From the NCBI GenBank assembly GCA_023454175.1, contig JAEXRW010000040.1, forward strand, positions 1,925-65,924: DNA of 64,000 nucleotides, in the 5' to 3' direction. The translations under genes were made by a program, and so were the position numbers. The stretch comes from Bacillota bacterium (lineage in GTDB: Bacteria; Bacillota; Clostridia; Christensenellales; JAEXRW01). Of the stretch, positions 25,937 to 35,609 are shown piece after piece; the first letter of the stretch is position 1, and each line of letters begins with the position of its first letter. Below the pieces are notes generated by a model. That model was not told the origin of the DNA. It was given only the letters and a program-made list of their open reading frames with translations, and searched no databases.

Positions 25937-27337
25937 TTATTTATCCGCCGTCCGCTTGTCGATTGCCGCTTCTTCTTCCCGGTCGTTGGTCAGTTTCAGC
26001 TTGTCCAGGATGTAGAAGACCAGGCTCAGCAGCATGCCCACCAGCGCCGCCAGGATCATGCCCGTTATCGGCACGCCAAAGAGATCGATGGAGATGCCCG
26101 AAAGCCCGATGACGAAGATGACGGCTGTGAGCACCAGGTTGCGGGATTTGGAGAAATCCACCTTCGAGTCCACCATCACGCGGATACCGGATGCGGCGAT
26201 CATGCCGTACAGCAGGATGGATACACCGCCGATGACGGCCCAGGGGATGGTGTTGATGAAAGCCGTGAATTTGCCGATGAATGCGATGACCATGGAGATG
26301 ACCGCCGCGCCGCCGATGACGCGCACGCTGTACACCTTTGTCACCGCCATCACGCCGATATTCTCGCCGTATGTCGTCGTCGGCACCGCGCCTACCAGGC
26401 CCGAGATGGTGGTGGAGACGTAGTCGGCCAGCATCGAGCGGTGCAGGCCGGGGTCTTTGATGAGGTCCCTGCCCACCACTTCGCTCGTCACGATCTGATG
26501 GCCGATATGCTCCGTGGTCAATACCAGTATGGCAGGAATGATGGCGATGATCGAGCCGATGTCAAACATGGGCAGCTGCACATGGGGCAGCGCGACCCAG
26601 GGTGCCGCACTCAGCTTTGTGAAGTCTGCAAGCCCGAAGCAGATCGCTGCGATATAGCCCGCCACGATGGCCAGCAGGATGGGGATCACCGCGAAGAATT
26701 TCCGCAGGCATACCGAGCCGAATACTGCCACGGCGAGCGTGATGAGGAATACCCATACATTAGCACCCGAGATGGGCGTGATAACCGAGGATAATTGCAG
26801 TGTGGTGTCGCCTTTGGCGATGGCGTCGAAAAGAGGGTTCAGGTTCACGGGCAATAGCCCTGCGTTTTTCGCGGCCGTGCCCGCCAGTTCGAGGCCGATG
26901 AGCGCCACCACAGGGCCCATGGCCGCCGGGGGCATTACGACCTTGATCCAGTTCGTGCCGAATTTCCAGATGATCACGGCGATGATCATGCCCACCACAC
27001 CCACGGCGATATAGCCGCCCTGCGCGTAAGCAAATGCCTGGTCATATCCGCCGGGCTCGGGGCGGACGATGCCGTTCTTCATGGCCATGGCCAGTACCGC
27101 AAAGGTGGGCGAAAGAAAGGCGAAACTGGAACCAAGGAAAGCGGGTGCCTTGCCCTTTGTGAAGAGGATGAAAAGGAGGGTGCCTACGCCGTTCATGATG
27201 AGGACGATGCCGGGGTCGATGCCGAAAAGGATGGGGACGAGGATGGATGCGCCGAACATGGCGAAAAGGTGCTGGAGACTCAGGGGGATCCATTGGGAAA
27301 GGGGCACTTTGTCCTGGACCTGGATGATTTTTCGCAA
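25937..27337 (-). CDS. NCS2-family nucleobase permease, most likely uracil permease
   Basis: TTG start with SD AGGAGG. LQHLFAMFGASILVP, GVGTLLFI..APAFLGSSFAF, about 12-14 TM. Confidence 0.85.
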   Translation of the reverse strand: MRKIIQVQDKVPLSQWIPLSLQHLFAMFGASILVPILFGIDPGIVLIMNGVGTLLFILFTKGKAPAFLGSSFAFLSPTFAVLAMAMKNGIVRPEPGGYDQAFAYAQGGYIAVGVVGMIIAVIIWKFGTNWIKVVMPPAAMGPVVALIGLELAGTAAKNAGLLPVNLNPLFDAIAKGDTTLQLSSVITPISGANVWVFLITLAVAVFGSVCLRKFFAVIPILLAIVAGYIAAICFGLADFTKLSAAPWVALPHVQLPMFDIGSIIAIIPAILVLTTEHIGHQIVTSEVVGRDLIKDPGLHRSMLADYVSTTISGLVGAVPTTTYGENIGVMAVTKVYSVRVIGGAAVISMVIAFIGKFTAFINTIPWAVIGGVSILLYGMIAASGIRVMVDSKVDFSKSRNLVLTAVIFVIGLSGISIDLFGVPITGMILAALVGMLLSLVFYILDKLKLTNDREEEAAIDKRTADK

Positions 27338-27385
27338 AATTCCCTACCTCCTGTTATGAAATTTGTAACGGGCACATTGTCGAAA

Positions 27386-27394
27386 ATTATAACA
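27386..27394 (-). promoter_or_regulatory. extended -10 box upstream of the permease gene
   Basis: Minus strand reads TGTTATAAT. It would give a ~40-nt leader. No convincing -35. Confidence 0.45.
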
Positions 27395-27493
27395 TAATGT
27401 CGACTGCTCGTCATGACGTTTCGCGAAACTTGAAGCAGATATGTATTATGTTGCACGCATGTAAATCAGATATGTGTGTTTTGCCACAGACAT

Positions 27494-27517
27494 GGAAAAG
27501 CCCGCATTTCCTGCGGG
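27494..27517 (-). terminator. candidate terminator after the sortase gene
   Basis: Stem CCCGCA (27501-27506)/TGCGGG (27512-27517). Minus strand then reads CTTTTCC. Confidence 0.5.
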
Positions 27518-27589
27518 TTCCCTGTGAGGTTTCACATGCCGTTTTTCAATCATAAAACGCAACGATTTGTGTTTGTTGGCTGCGGCTTT

Positions 27590-28309
27590 TTATGGCTGCG
27601 AAAATATACACCGTACCAGCAGCCTCCGGTTGCCCTGGCTGGTGCAAGTCACCAGCGTCAGGACTGTATCCCCCGTATACCTGTCCAGCGCCTCGGGCTC
27701 GTCGGGCTTGATCACCTGCGTCTCATACACGGAGTAATGGTATGCCTTCCCGCCGGGTGCGTCGAATTCCACAGCGTCCCCGGCCTTCAGCTGGTCCAGC
27801 TTGCCGAAGTGCGCGCCGTTTGCGTAGTTGTGGCCGGTGATGATGGTATTTCCCTTCTCTCCCGGCAGCACTCCGCCGAAAAAGCAGATGGATACTTTCA
27901 ATGCCTTGTCTGTGGTTTTTGAAATGACCGGAAGCTCCACGCCGATTTTCCCGATTATCAGTTTGCCGATCACGTCATACCCGGGCAGCGATATGGCAGC
28001 CTGTTGCGGTTCCACTTCCGGCTTGTCTGGCTGTACATAGCCTTCCTCGGTCGCGGCGGGAGAGGCCGGTGGGGATGCCTGGGCCGCCTTCTGCTCGTAC
28101 GCACCCAGCAGGGACTTTGCGCTTTGCGCAGCGGTATCCCCCTCGCTGTAGATGCACCAGTATGTGATGCCCGCGGCGATGAGCAGTAAAAGCCATAACC
28201 CGCCCAGCAACAGGATGATGTTGTTTCGGCGGTCCTTAAAAGGCATACGCCGCATCAGCCTGTGCCAGTGTCCCATGTGTTTTTCCTTTGCCCGAAGCAG
28301 ATCGTCCAT
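27590..28309 (-). CDS. sortase (membrane-anchored transpeptidase)
   Basis: N-terminal TM IILLLGGLWLLLLIAAGITYW; catalytic His in ITGHNY; TLVTC motif; downstream Arg (RRLLVRC). Confidence 0.85.
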   Translation of the reverse strand: MDDLLRAKEKHMGHWHRLMRRMPFKDRRNNIILLLGGLWLLLLIAAGITYWCIYSEGDTAAQSAKSLLGAYEQKAAQASPPASPAATEEGYVQPDKPEVEPQQAAISLPGYDVIGKLIIGKIGVELPVISKTTDKALKVSICFFGGVLPGEKGNTIITGHNYANGAHFGKLDQLKAGDAVEFDAPGGKAYHYSVYETQVIKPDEPEALDRYTGDTVLTLVTCTSQGNRRLLVRCIFSQP

Positions 28310-28416
28310 TTTCCTCGCTTCCTGTGGGTTGAATGGCTTTATCTTACCATCGTCTGGTGAAAATAAAAAGCGGTGTCTGCTTTCACAGTACGGTCGGCAG
28401 GCGTCCCCGGCTTATG

Positions 28417-28448
28417 CAAAAAGCCAGCCCGCTGGGGATTCCGGCTGG
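28417..28448 (-). terminator. candidate terminator after the M15 peptidase gene
   Basis: Stem CCAGCC (28424-28429)/GGCTGG (28443-28448). Minus strand then reads CTTTTTGC. Confidence 0.55.
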
Positions 28449-28476
28449 ATTTTCATGCCTGGGGAAGGTGGAAGCT

Positions 28477-29358
28477 TTATAGGGCCTTTGCGAAGTGCTG
28501 GTAGTCCGGCTCCTTCCAGCTCCCGCCCCACGAAAAGCCGTGGTCGAGGAAAAGTTTGTAGAGCAGGTCGCCTTTTCGGATGATATAGGGCAGGTCCAGC
28601 TTCCGGTCCACATAGGGTTTGCTCTCGGGCGGCTCGATCTTTTTCTTCCCGTTGATGGTCACGATATAGGGGTTGTACAGCGGGTTGATGTCGATGGCCA
28701 GCCCCAGCGCGTGCTTGGACAGCGTTTTGGTCCCCTCCACATAGCGGAAATTGAAGCTCGAAGTGTTATTGTCCGCCATCGAGAGGTCGTCGTCCGCGTC
28801 GTAGTCGTCTGCCAGCTTCATTTTCTCAATGGGATATTTGTTTTTGTACAATTGCCGGAAGATCTTCACGATATCCTTTGCGATGCCTTTGTTGACCACC
28901 AGTTCCCCCGCGTGCGTCTTCCCGTCGAAGCCGTAGTGCAGCACCCGCACGTAGCGCAGGTCGCTCCGCTTCGTCGTGCACTTCTTGCCAAATGTCTTCC
29001 CGTCCATCCGCGCAAAGACTGCTTCGGGTATCGTTTGCGCTGCAAAACAGGCGTCCAGCGTCTTTTCGTCCACGTCCGTGATATCGATGGCCGTAGTGGC
29101 GGGCACGCTTTTTGTATGTTGGATAAACGCCGCCTTCCCCTCCGACCCGCTCGTTTGCTCTGGTGTAGGCATCGTGGTGGCCGTGCTGCTCAGCGCCTCC
29201 TCCGGTGTGTCCGCAGGCAGGGACGTCGTGGCAGCAGGCGTTGCGGTGGTCGTAGGCGTAACGGTTTCGGATGGTTTTTCATCCATGTCTTTCACCCCGC
29301 AGGATGTGAATAGCAGTGAGAGTATGATGCTTGCAGATAATAAGTACCTTGCCTTCAT
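28477..29358 (-). CDS. M15-family (VanY/D-Ala-D-Ala carboxypeptidase-like) metallopeptidase lipoprotein
   Basis: Lipobox LLFTSC. T/P-rich linker. SKHALGLAIDINP and DHGFSWGG..DYQHF zinc-ligand motifs. Confidence 0.8.
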   Translation of the reverse strand: MKARYLLSASIILSLLFTSCGVKDMDEKPSETVTPTTTATPAATTSLPADTPEEALSSTATTMPTPEQTSGSEGKAAFIQHTKSVPATTAIDITDVDEKTLDACFAAQTIPEAVFARMDGKTFGKKCTTKRSDLRYVRVLHYGFDGKTHAGELVVNKGIAKDIVKIFRQLYKNKYPIEKMKLADDYDADDDLSMADNNTSSFNFRYVEGTKTLSKHALGLAIDINPLYNPYIVTINGKKKIEPPESKPYVDRKLDLPYIIRKGDLLYKLFLDHGFSWGGSWKEPDYQHFAKAL

Positions 29359-29408
29359 GTTTGCATGCCTCTGTGGTTATAGCGGTTCGGGAGTGTGGTA
29401 AACAACAC

Positions 29409-30296
29409 TTATGTATCCCTGTTTAATACATAATCGCACAGTTGCGCGAAAAACCCATGTCTGTCGATGGGTTGTACCATTCGTTTGGCGGTGTCCATAT
29501 GCGCTTTCGCCTCTGCCCTCGCCTTGTCCACCCCTAATAGTGAGGAATATGTGGTCTTGTGGTTTTTCTGGTCCAGCCCCGTATCCTTCCCCAGCTTCGC
29601 CGCGTCCCCCGTCTCGTCCAGGATGTCGTCGGTGATCTGGAAGGCCACCCCGAAATGATACGCGTATTCCCCCATCGTTGTGATGTCCTGTTCGCTCCCC
29701 CCGCCGATGGCCGCTCCCGCCTTCACCGCGCCCATGAACATGGCCGCAGTCTTGCGGTGGTGGATCTCTTCCAGAAGAACGATGTCCTTCGGCTTGTCTT
29801 CGGTTTGCACGTCGGTGGCCTGCCCCAGCAGCATGCCCGTGACCCCCGCCCCCTTTGCGACCTCGTAGATGGCCCGCATGTATGCGGCGCTTTTCTCTGG
29901 GTTTTGGATGGCGTGTTTCGTCATGATTTCGAAGGCGTAGCTGAGTAATCCATCCCCGGCTAATATCGCCATGTCCTCGCCGTAAGCGAGGTGGTTGCAG
30001 GGCTTTCCCCTGCGCAGCGTCCCGTTGTCCATCGCCGGAAGGTCGTCGTGGATCAGCGAATACGCGTGGATCATCTCCATCGCGCACCCGAAAGGCACGC
30101 TGTCTGCAGGATCGACATTGAACAGCCTGCACGCTTCGGTGAGCATCGTCATCCGCAGCCGCTTTCCCCCCGCCTCGATGCTGTACCGCATCGCCTCGTA
30201 GATAGTGGAATGGCTGGTTTTCAGCCCGTCGAAATACCTGTTGATGTATCGGTTGCCCTCTTCAGCTTTTTCTTTCAGGTACTGCCCGAAGTCCAA
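29409..30296 (-). CDS. ispA: polyprenyl (farnesyl/geranylgeranyl) diphosphate synthase
   Basis: TTG start with SD AGGAGG. First DDxxD LIHDDLPAMDNGTLRRG; second FQITDDILD. Confidence 0.9.
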   Translation of the reverse strand: MDFGQYLKEKAEEGNRYINRYFDGLKTSHSTIYEAMRYSIEAGGKRLRMTMLTEACRLFNVDPADSVPFGCAMEMIHAYSLIHDDLPAMDNGTLRRGKPCNHLAYGEDMAILAGDGLLSYAFEIMTKHAIQNPEKSAAYMRAIYEVAKGAGVTGMLLGQATDVQTEDKPKDIVLLEEIHHRKTAAMFMGAVKAGAAIGGGSEQDITTMGEYAYHFGVAFQITDDILDETGDAAKLGKDTGLDQKNHKTTYSSLLGVDKARAEAKAHMDTAKRMVQPIDRHGFFAQLCDYVLNRDT

Positions 30297-30330
30297 ATTT
30301 GGATGCCTCCTGCTGGTTCAGTTTGGGCTT

Positions 30331-30339
30331 ATTATACCA
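30331..30339 (-). promoter_or_regulatory. extended -10 box for ispA
   Basis: Minus strand reads TGGTATAAT, ~35 nt upstream of the TTG start and just after the upstream terminator. Confidence 0.55.
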
Positions 30340-30353
30340 CGTTGCATTATAAT

Positions 30354-30384
30354 ATCAAAAAACCATGCCTTTTGCGGCATGGTT
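30354..30384 (-). terminator. intrinsic terminator of 30403..31785
   Basis: Stem AACCATGCC (30361-30369)/GGCATGGTT (30376-30384). Minus strand then reads TTTTTTG. Confidence 0.75.
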
Positions 30385-30402
30385 CCTGATCTGCCTGCAT
30401 TC

Positions 30403-31785
30403 TTATTCGCCACTGTCTTCGCTGTAGAAGCCCGTGTCCACCTTTTCCACGTTTCCCCCTGTCATTTGGATGCGGTAGTGCCCACAGTAGAGTGTGCTGG
30501 GCCCTTCATCGGTGATTTCATATTCGAAATAGACCCAGCCGTCCCTTGCATCGTAGACATGAACGAATGTTTCCCCCGGATAGTCCAGTTTCTGTTGGAT
30601 CGCTTTTTCATCCGGCACTTTCACTTTCATCTTTTTAACGTTCTCGCATTTTGTGTCGGAGATATAAAATGCGCTTTCGTTAAAAAGGGAGAAATAGAGC
30701 TTGCCGTCCTTTGAAAAGCGCTCCATATCGCCGTATTTCAGCTTTTTCCTTCCCGAGCCGTCCTGGTTGTAGCGGTAGGTGTCCCAATGTCCGAAATCCC
30801 CGAAAGACAGGTTTTCGTCCGCATAAAGGTACCGCCCTGCCATATCGAAACGGAAGCCTTTGACCTTCAGATTCTTATCCCCGCTGCCATCCTGTTTCAT
30901 GCGGTGGATGTAATAGTAGTTTTCTCCGCTCCCCGGGTCTTCCATGGGGTTGTCTATGTCGAAATAGTATATCCACCCGTCCAGGTATACCCTGCTGTCC
31001 GTATACCAGCTGCCTCCGTCTCCCCTCTCCGCCGCGCCGCCGCCTGCTTTCATTGTGTAGTAACCGGTGAAAAGGATATTGCCCGCGCCGTCTTCCAGTT
31101 CATAGGTGAAGCGCAGCTTTCCGTCTTCGAGATGCAAATAGGATATCTGGATGACGGGGTCGGTTTTGATCATCTTTTTCACTTCGGGCAGGGGGTCTCT
31201 TTCCTCCGGCGGGGTGATGGGATAACGCTGCACGTTTTTGAAATCCAGGTCCGTTTTGTAGATGGCTCCTTCATAGGTGGTGTAATAGATGCTCTCCGGG
31301 CTGGTATATTGTATCTGTATGTCTTTGCCGACCGGTTCCTTTCCGGTCCCGTCCGGGTTCACCCGGTACGTATCCCAGTGGGGTATGGCAGCGCCCTCTG
31401 TTTCCATGTTTACATAGAGATGGTCTCCGCAGACGAAAATGCGGCTGCAGGCGATGCCCAGGTTCTCATCCTCGCTACCGCTCTTTTTCTTCCGGTGCAG
31501 CGCGAAGTTCTGTTCCCCGTTGCTTCCCTTATTGGTGTTGCCTGTATCCAGGTAATAGTACCAGTCGCCGTATTCGGTTTGGTATTCAGATGTGGTCTCC
31601 CCATTTTCCGGTTCCGTGGTTTCCGGGGTCGGCCTGGCCGGGCTGGATGCAAGGGATTGTTCAGGCGGACTGCCCTGTGAGGGCGGCGCGCTTGCAGGCA
31701 ACAGGCCTGCCGGTGTGCTGCATCCCGCCAGCGCCAGCGTGAAAAGGATCAGCCATGTTGCCGGGATCACTATGTGCCGTTTCAT
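30403..31785 (-). CDS. lipoprotein with YY-rich beta-propeller-like repeats (DUF5050-like)
   Basis: Lipobox LALAGC. Reiterated ..YYY.., IYYT, LYV, GKLYF segments. Similar build to 55610..56767. Confidence 0.7.
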   Translation of the reverse strand: MKRHIVIPATWLILFTLALAGCSTPAGLLPASAPPSQGSPPEQSLASSPARPTPETTEPENGETTSEYQTEYGDWYYYLDTGNTNKGSNGEQNFALHRKKKSGSEDENLGIACSRIFVCGDHLYVNMETEGAAIPHWDTYRVNPDGTGKEPVGKDIQIQYTSPESIYYTTYEGAIYKTDLDFKNVQRYPITPPEERDPLPEVKKMIKTDPVIQISYLHLEDGKLRFTYELEDGAGNILFTGYYTMKAGGGAAERGDGGSWYTDSRVYLDGWIYYFDIDNPMEDPGSGENYYYIHRMKQDGSGDKNLKVKGFRFDMAGRYLYADENLSFGDFGHWDTYRYNQDGSGRKKLKYGDMERFSKDGKLYFSLFNESAFYISDTKCENVKKMKVKVPDEKAIQQKLDYPGETFVHVYDARDGWVYFEYEITDEGPSTLYCGHYRIQMTGGNVEKVDTGFYSEDSGE

Positions 31786-31838
31786 CGCTTCATCCCCACC
31801 CTTTCAATTCCTTTATTTGAATAATATAAAATAGCGAG

Positions 31839-32627
31839 TCAATAATGCGATCTTTGGCTTATTGCAGTTCTTATGAATTCACAGATACGTTCATACATCG
31901 GCCCCGCCTCGGTGGGATGGAAATAGCTGTGGCCCGACCGTTCCAGCATCATTACCTCCGGGCGGCAATGGATCAATCCCCGTTCCAGTATCCCTGCGCT
32001 CTTCCACGCCACCGTCTGGTCGCTTTTGGACTGGATGATGAGCACGGGTGCCTGCACCCTGCTCAGCGACTTCCTTGTCCCGCGCATCAGCCGCAGCAGG
32101 TCCATCCCGCGCGGCCAGGACGAAAGGTGGTGCCGTATGGGCTTCAGCGCGATGCTGAATACGCTGCGTTCAAATCGCATGAGGTCGTCGTCCTTCTCCG
32201 GGTCGCCCCAAAACATCCGGATCGATTGGGGCAGCACATGGTAGTTGTTGCGCAGCCGCATGGGTACGGATATCAGCACGATCCCGTCCGCCCCGCTTTG
32301 CATGGCTTCGTTCAGGGACAGCAACCCCCCCAGCGAGTGCCCGATGAAGATGATCCGCTTGTATTTTTGACGAAGTTCCGCCGCGGTTTGTTCCACGGCC
32401 CGCATCCATGCGTCCCGGCCCTCCTGGGCAAACTCCTTCGCGCTCCCCCCGTGTCCCGGCAGCAGGATGGCCCTGGCTGTGTACCCCTGTTCGTGCAATA
32501 TCCGCGCCAGCGGTTTGAATTGCACCGGGCTCCCCAGGAACCCGTGCACCATCAGCACGGCCGTCTCCGCCCCCGCGCACTCCAGCAGATAGGGGCGGTG
32601 CGGGTTTTCAGTCGTTCGCATGTCCAT
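31839..32627 (-). CDS. alpha/beta hydrolase (carboxylesterase/lysophospholipase-like)
   Basis: VLMVHGFLGSP oxyanion region, nucleophile elbow GHSLGG, C-terminal SGH. Confidence 0.85.
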   Translation of the reverse strand: MDMRTTENPHRPYLLECAGAETAVLMVHGFLGSPVQFKPLARILHEQGYTARAILLPGHGGSAKEFAQEGRDAWMRAVEQTAAELRQKYKRIIFIGHSLGGLLSLNEAMQSGADGIVLISVPMRLRNNYHVLPQSIRMFWGDPEKDDDLMRFERSVFSIALKPIRHHLSSWPRGMDLLRLMRGTRKSLSRVQAPVLIIQSKSDQTVAWKSAGILERGLIHCRPEVMMLERSGHSYFHPTEAGPMYERICEFIRTAISQRSHY

Positions 32628-32674
32628 TTGTTATAACCCAACCCAGATTTTGATCGTATGCGCATAATTTTCCG

Positions 32675-32897
32675 CGCCCCGCAGAGTTTCCAAAGAGGTT
32701 CCCACGTATCACTTTGACAAAGGGTTATCCCTGCGGTTTCACATGATCATGCCCGCAAGGCATACCATAATTATACATTTCCCCCGCAGGCCCTATCGCA
32801 TGGCGCCCTGGAACGGGTGTAATGCACCTGTTTATAGGGTGATCTGGCGCCTAAGCAACCCGTAGGGTTGCATGTGCCTTGAGGGTTGTCCCCGAGA
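32675..32897. repeat. modular intergenic repeat, locus C
   Basis: GCCCCGCAGAG (32677-32687); inverted CCCTGCGG (32729-32736); hairpin ATGCCC-GCAA-GGCAT (32749-32763); degenerate heptamers; C-box CCCCCGCAGG (32781-32790); hairpin GCAACC-CGTA-GGTTGC (32865-32880) homologous to locus D. It directly follows the HK stop codon. Confidence 0.65.
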
Positions 32898-34439
32898 TTA
32901 ACTCTCCATTGCCAGTTCCATCGTGAACCAGAACTCGACCCCCCCCGCCACGTTCCGCGCCCCGCATGATTCTCCGTGGGCGTCGATCACGGCTTTCACG
33001 ATGGAAAGTCCCAACCCCGTGCCTCCCAGTTCCCGTGTGCGCGCCTTGTCCGCCTTGTAAAAACTCGTCCAGATCTTTTCCATCTCCTCCTCGGGGATCC
33101 CTTTCCCCGAGTTGAATACCGACAGGATCGCTTTCCCGTCCTCGCGTTTCGCGGATATCCGGATGGTCTTTTGGGCGTTCGCGTGGCGTATGGCGTTGCT
33201 CAGGTAGTTGTCCAGCGCCCGCTCCATCATCTCGAAGTCGGCGTGCACCATGATATCTGCTTCTATATTTTTAACGAGTTGGATCCCGGCTTTTTCAAAT
33301 TCGATCCGGTGCTTTTTCGTAGCCCGTTCGACCAGTTCCAGCAGGTTGAAATCCTCCCACGAAAGCTTCATCTGCCCGGACTCCATCTTGGAGAGGTCCA
33401 GCAGCTGCTTCACCAGCTTGTCCATCTTCTTTGTCTCGTCCATGATGACGTCGCAGTATTCCTTCCTGCTCGCTTCATCCACATGGATGTTCAGCGCCAG
33501 CCCTTCCGCGTAGCCCTGGATGAGCGCCAGCGGCGTCTTCAGTTCGTGGGAGGCGCTGGAGAGGAATTCCCTGCGCATTTTGTCCGTCTCCTCCTTGCGC
33601 AGCACATCCTCCTTCAAAGCTTCGTTCGCCTGCTCCAGTTCCGTGATATGCTTGTGCAGCTGGTCCGAGAGTGCATTGATGGAGTCCCCCAGCACCGTGA
33701 TCTCGTCTTTCGGCCTGCGCGTGAATTTTGCGTTGAAGTCCAGCTTCTCCATCCGCTTGGCGATGGCGGAAAGCTCCGTGATGGGCCGCGCAAATCCCCG
33801 CGATACAAAAAGGACGATCACCACGCCCAGTATCAGCGTCAATATGCCCGTATACAGGTAAAAGGTGTTGGCCACGCCCACGCTCTCCTGGATGGCCGCC
33901 ACCGCCGTTCGCAGGTAGACCATGGTATCGACGTTCAGCTTCGCGCCCAGTTGGAGCAGGCCCATGTTCTGCCCCCGGTTCTGTCCGCGGTCCTGCCCGA
34001 TGCGTTCGATCACCACGCCCTGCGTATTTATTCTTTCCGCTATCCGCTTGAGCTGGTTTGCTTCGAAGTTAAAAGGCCCCCCGCGCGGTTCCTCCGGTTC
34101 GCTTTCCTCTCCCTGCCTGGGTGAAAGCGAGGGTGCCGGGTTTTGTTCATTCTGCCCCCGGATGGGCCGTGAAGTATACTGGATATCCAGGTTCTTGTTA
34201 AAGATGGTGATATGGATGCTGCTTTCCGATTCGATGGCGTCGAGTTGCTCCGCCAGGTCCGCCGGGTTCGCGGCATACAGCCGGGAAACGGTATTGAATG
34301 TATCCTTGAGCTGCCCTTCCTTGCGGTAGATGTAGTAGTCGTTCAGGAAAAGGCTGCTCAACAGGATGGATACCGCCACAAACAGGATGATGACCGCGCC
34401 CAGGATGGCCGCCATTTTCAGCCGTATGGATATTCTCAT
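32898..34439 (-). CDS. sensor histidine kinase (2 TM, HAMP, HisKA, HATPase)
   Basis: H-box SASHELKTPLALIQGY, N-box LSNAIRHA, G-boxes GKGIP / GGTGLGLSIVK. Confidence 0.9.
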   Translation of the reverse strand: MRISIRLKMAAILGAVIILFVAVSILLSSLFLNDYYIYRKEGQLKDTFNTVSRLYAANPADLAEQLDAIESESSIHITIFNKNLDIQYTSRPIRGQNEQNPAPSLSPRQGEESEPEEPRGGPFNFEANQLKRIAERINTQGVVIERIGQDRGQNRGQNMGLLQLGAKLNVDTMVYLRTAVAAIQESVGVANTFYLYTGILTLILGVVIVLFVSRGFARPITELSAIAKRMEKLDFNAKFTRRPKDEITVLGDSINALSDQLHKHITELEQANEALKEDVLRKEETDKMRREFLSSASHELKTPLALIQGYAEGLALNIHVDEASRKEYCDVIMDETKKMDKLVKQLLDLSKMESGQMKLSWEDFNLLELVERATKKHRIEFEKAGIQLVKNIEADIMVHADFEMMERALDNYLSNAIRHANAQKTIRISAKREDGKAILSVFNSGKGIPEEEMEKIWTSFYKADKARTRELGGTGLGLSIVKAVIDAHGESCGARNVAGGVEFWFTMELAMES

Positions 34440-34500
34440 TTCCCCGCCATCCTTTCTTCAGCAATGGTTTCTGTCTTTGTTCTCCCACGTGGGTCCATAT

Positions 34501-34810
34501 GATTATGCCGAAGGCATTCCGAAACTATCAACTATCAACTTGAGGGTTTCCCTCGCAGGGTTAACCTGGTTCCCTCAGACGCGCGTTACGCGCGTTTGTG
34601 AGTGGAGCTGTCACCCAAGCAGCCCGTTGGCTGCATGTGGCTTGAAGGAGGGATCACATATATCAATTGTTGCTTGCCTGTGTTGGCGTCCTGATGATGC
34701 CGCTGTTATGCGTATCTTCCCCTCACAGGATAATTGTCAATTGTCCATTGTCAATTAGAAATATGCCCCCGCAGGATAACTTTCCACTCTCAACTCTCAA
34801 TTTTCAACTT
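34501..34810. repeat. modular intergenic repeat, locus D (three concatenated modules)
   Basis: Hairpin ATGCC-GAA-GGCAT (34505-34517); ACTATCA x2-3 (34524-34544); CCCTCGCAGGG (34550-34560); hairpins ACGCGCG-TTA-CGCGCGT and GCAGCC-CGT-TGGCTGC; CCCCTCACAGG (34719-34729); ATTGTCA x3-4 (34733-34760); CCCCCGCAGG (34766-34775); TCAACTC-like x4 (34783-34810). Confidence 0.75.
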
Positions 34811-35473
34811 ATACCCAACGCCCCGCACCGTCTGGATGTAGTCCTCCGCGCTCCCCAGCTTGGCCCGCAGCTTCTTGATGTGCGTATCCACCGTGCGCGT
34901 GTCCCCCTCGTAGTCGTATTCCCACACCGCGCCCAGGATCTGCCCGCGTGTCAGCGCGATACCCTCGTTTTTTACCAGGTACAGCAGCAGTTCATATTCC
35001 TTCAGGCTCAGCTGCATGCCTTCCCCGTCCAGCGCCACATGGTGCGCCGCCTCGTCGATCTCCAGCCGCCCCAGGCTGGACTTTTTCGCCGCTGGGCCAG
35101 CCGTGCGCCGCAGCAGCGCCTCCGCCCGCGCCACCAGGATCGTGGGGCTGAAGGGCTTGGAGATATATTCGTCCGCCCCCATCGAAAAGCCGCGCAGCTC
35201 GTCCTGCTCCTCCCCCCGCGCCGTCAGCATGATGATGGGCACGGCGGACAGGTCCCGTATCGTCCGGCATGCCGACCAGCCATCCATCACCGGCATCATC
35301 ACGTCCAGGATCACGAGGCTGATGTCCCTGCTGCCTTTGAACGTCTCCACTGCTCCCCTGCCGTCCTCCGCCTCCAGGATGGCGTAGCCTTCCTTTGAAA
35401 GGAAGTCCGAGAGGAGCTTTCGCATCCGGGGTTCGTCATCCGCGATGAGCACCTTTTTGTCCACGCTTCTCAC
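34790..35473 (-). CDS. OmpR-family response regulator
   Basis: GTG start. Receiver motifs (LIADDEP, LVILDVMMPVMDG, MLTARG). Winged-helix C-terminus (TVDTHIKKLRAKLG..VRGVGYKL). Confidence 0.95.
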   Translation of the reverse strand: MRSVDKKVLIADDEPRMRKLLSDFLSKEGYAILEAEDGRGAVETFKGSRDISLVILDVMMPVMDGWSACRTIRDLSAVPIIMLTARGEEQDELRGFSMGADEYISKPFSPTILVARAEALLRRTAGPAAKKSSLGRLEIDEAAHHVALDGEGMQLSLKEYELLLYLVKNEGIALTRGQILGAVWEYDYEGDTRTVDTHIKKLRAKLGSAEDYIQTVRGVGYKLKIES

Positions 35474-35584
35474 CCGTCCTGCATTTCAGTTAACTTCATT
35501 TTACCATATTTTCAGGTCTTCAAGCGAAGCGCAGGTTCCCCGGCTGTAAACGCGTTGTAAACCTTTCCATTTCCGCCCTGCCTC

Positions 35585-35593
35585 TGTTATAAT
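35585..35593 (+). promoter_or_regulatory. extended -10 box for the MBL hydrolase gene
   Basis: TGTTATAAT (TG 35585-35586, TATAAT 35588-35593), ~17 nt before ATG 35610. Weak -35 TTCCAT. Confidence 0.5.
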
Positions 35594-35609
35594 ATGGAGG
35601 CTGGAGGGA

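Noticed and set aside
27338-27589. PyrR-binding attenuator upstream of the uracil-type permease
   Set aside because: No ARUCCAGAGAGGYU-like anti-antiterminator loop was found. Only a promoter-like box and the sortase terminator are present.
29377-30132. 251-aa alternative-frame ORF within ispA, and similar ones inside 35520..36038 and 40056..40577
   Set aside because: They overlap genes with clear family motifs. Arg/Gly-rich artefacts.
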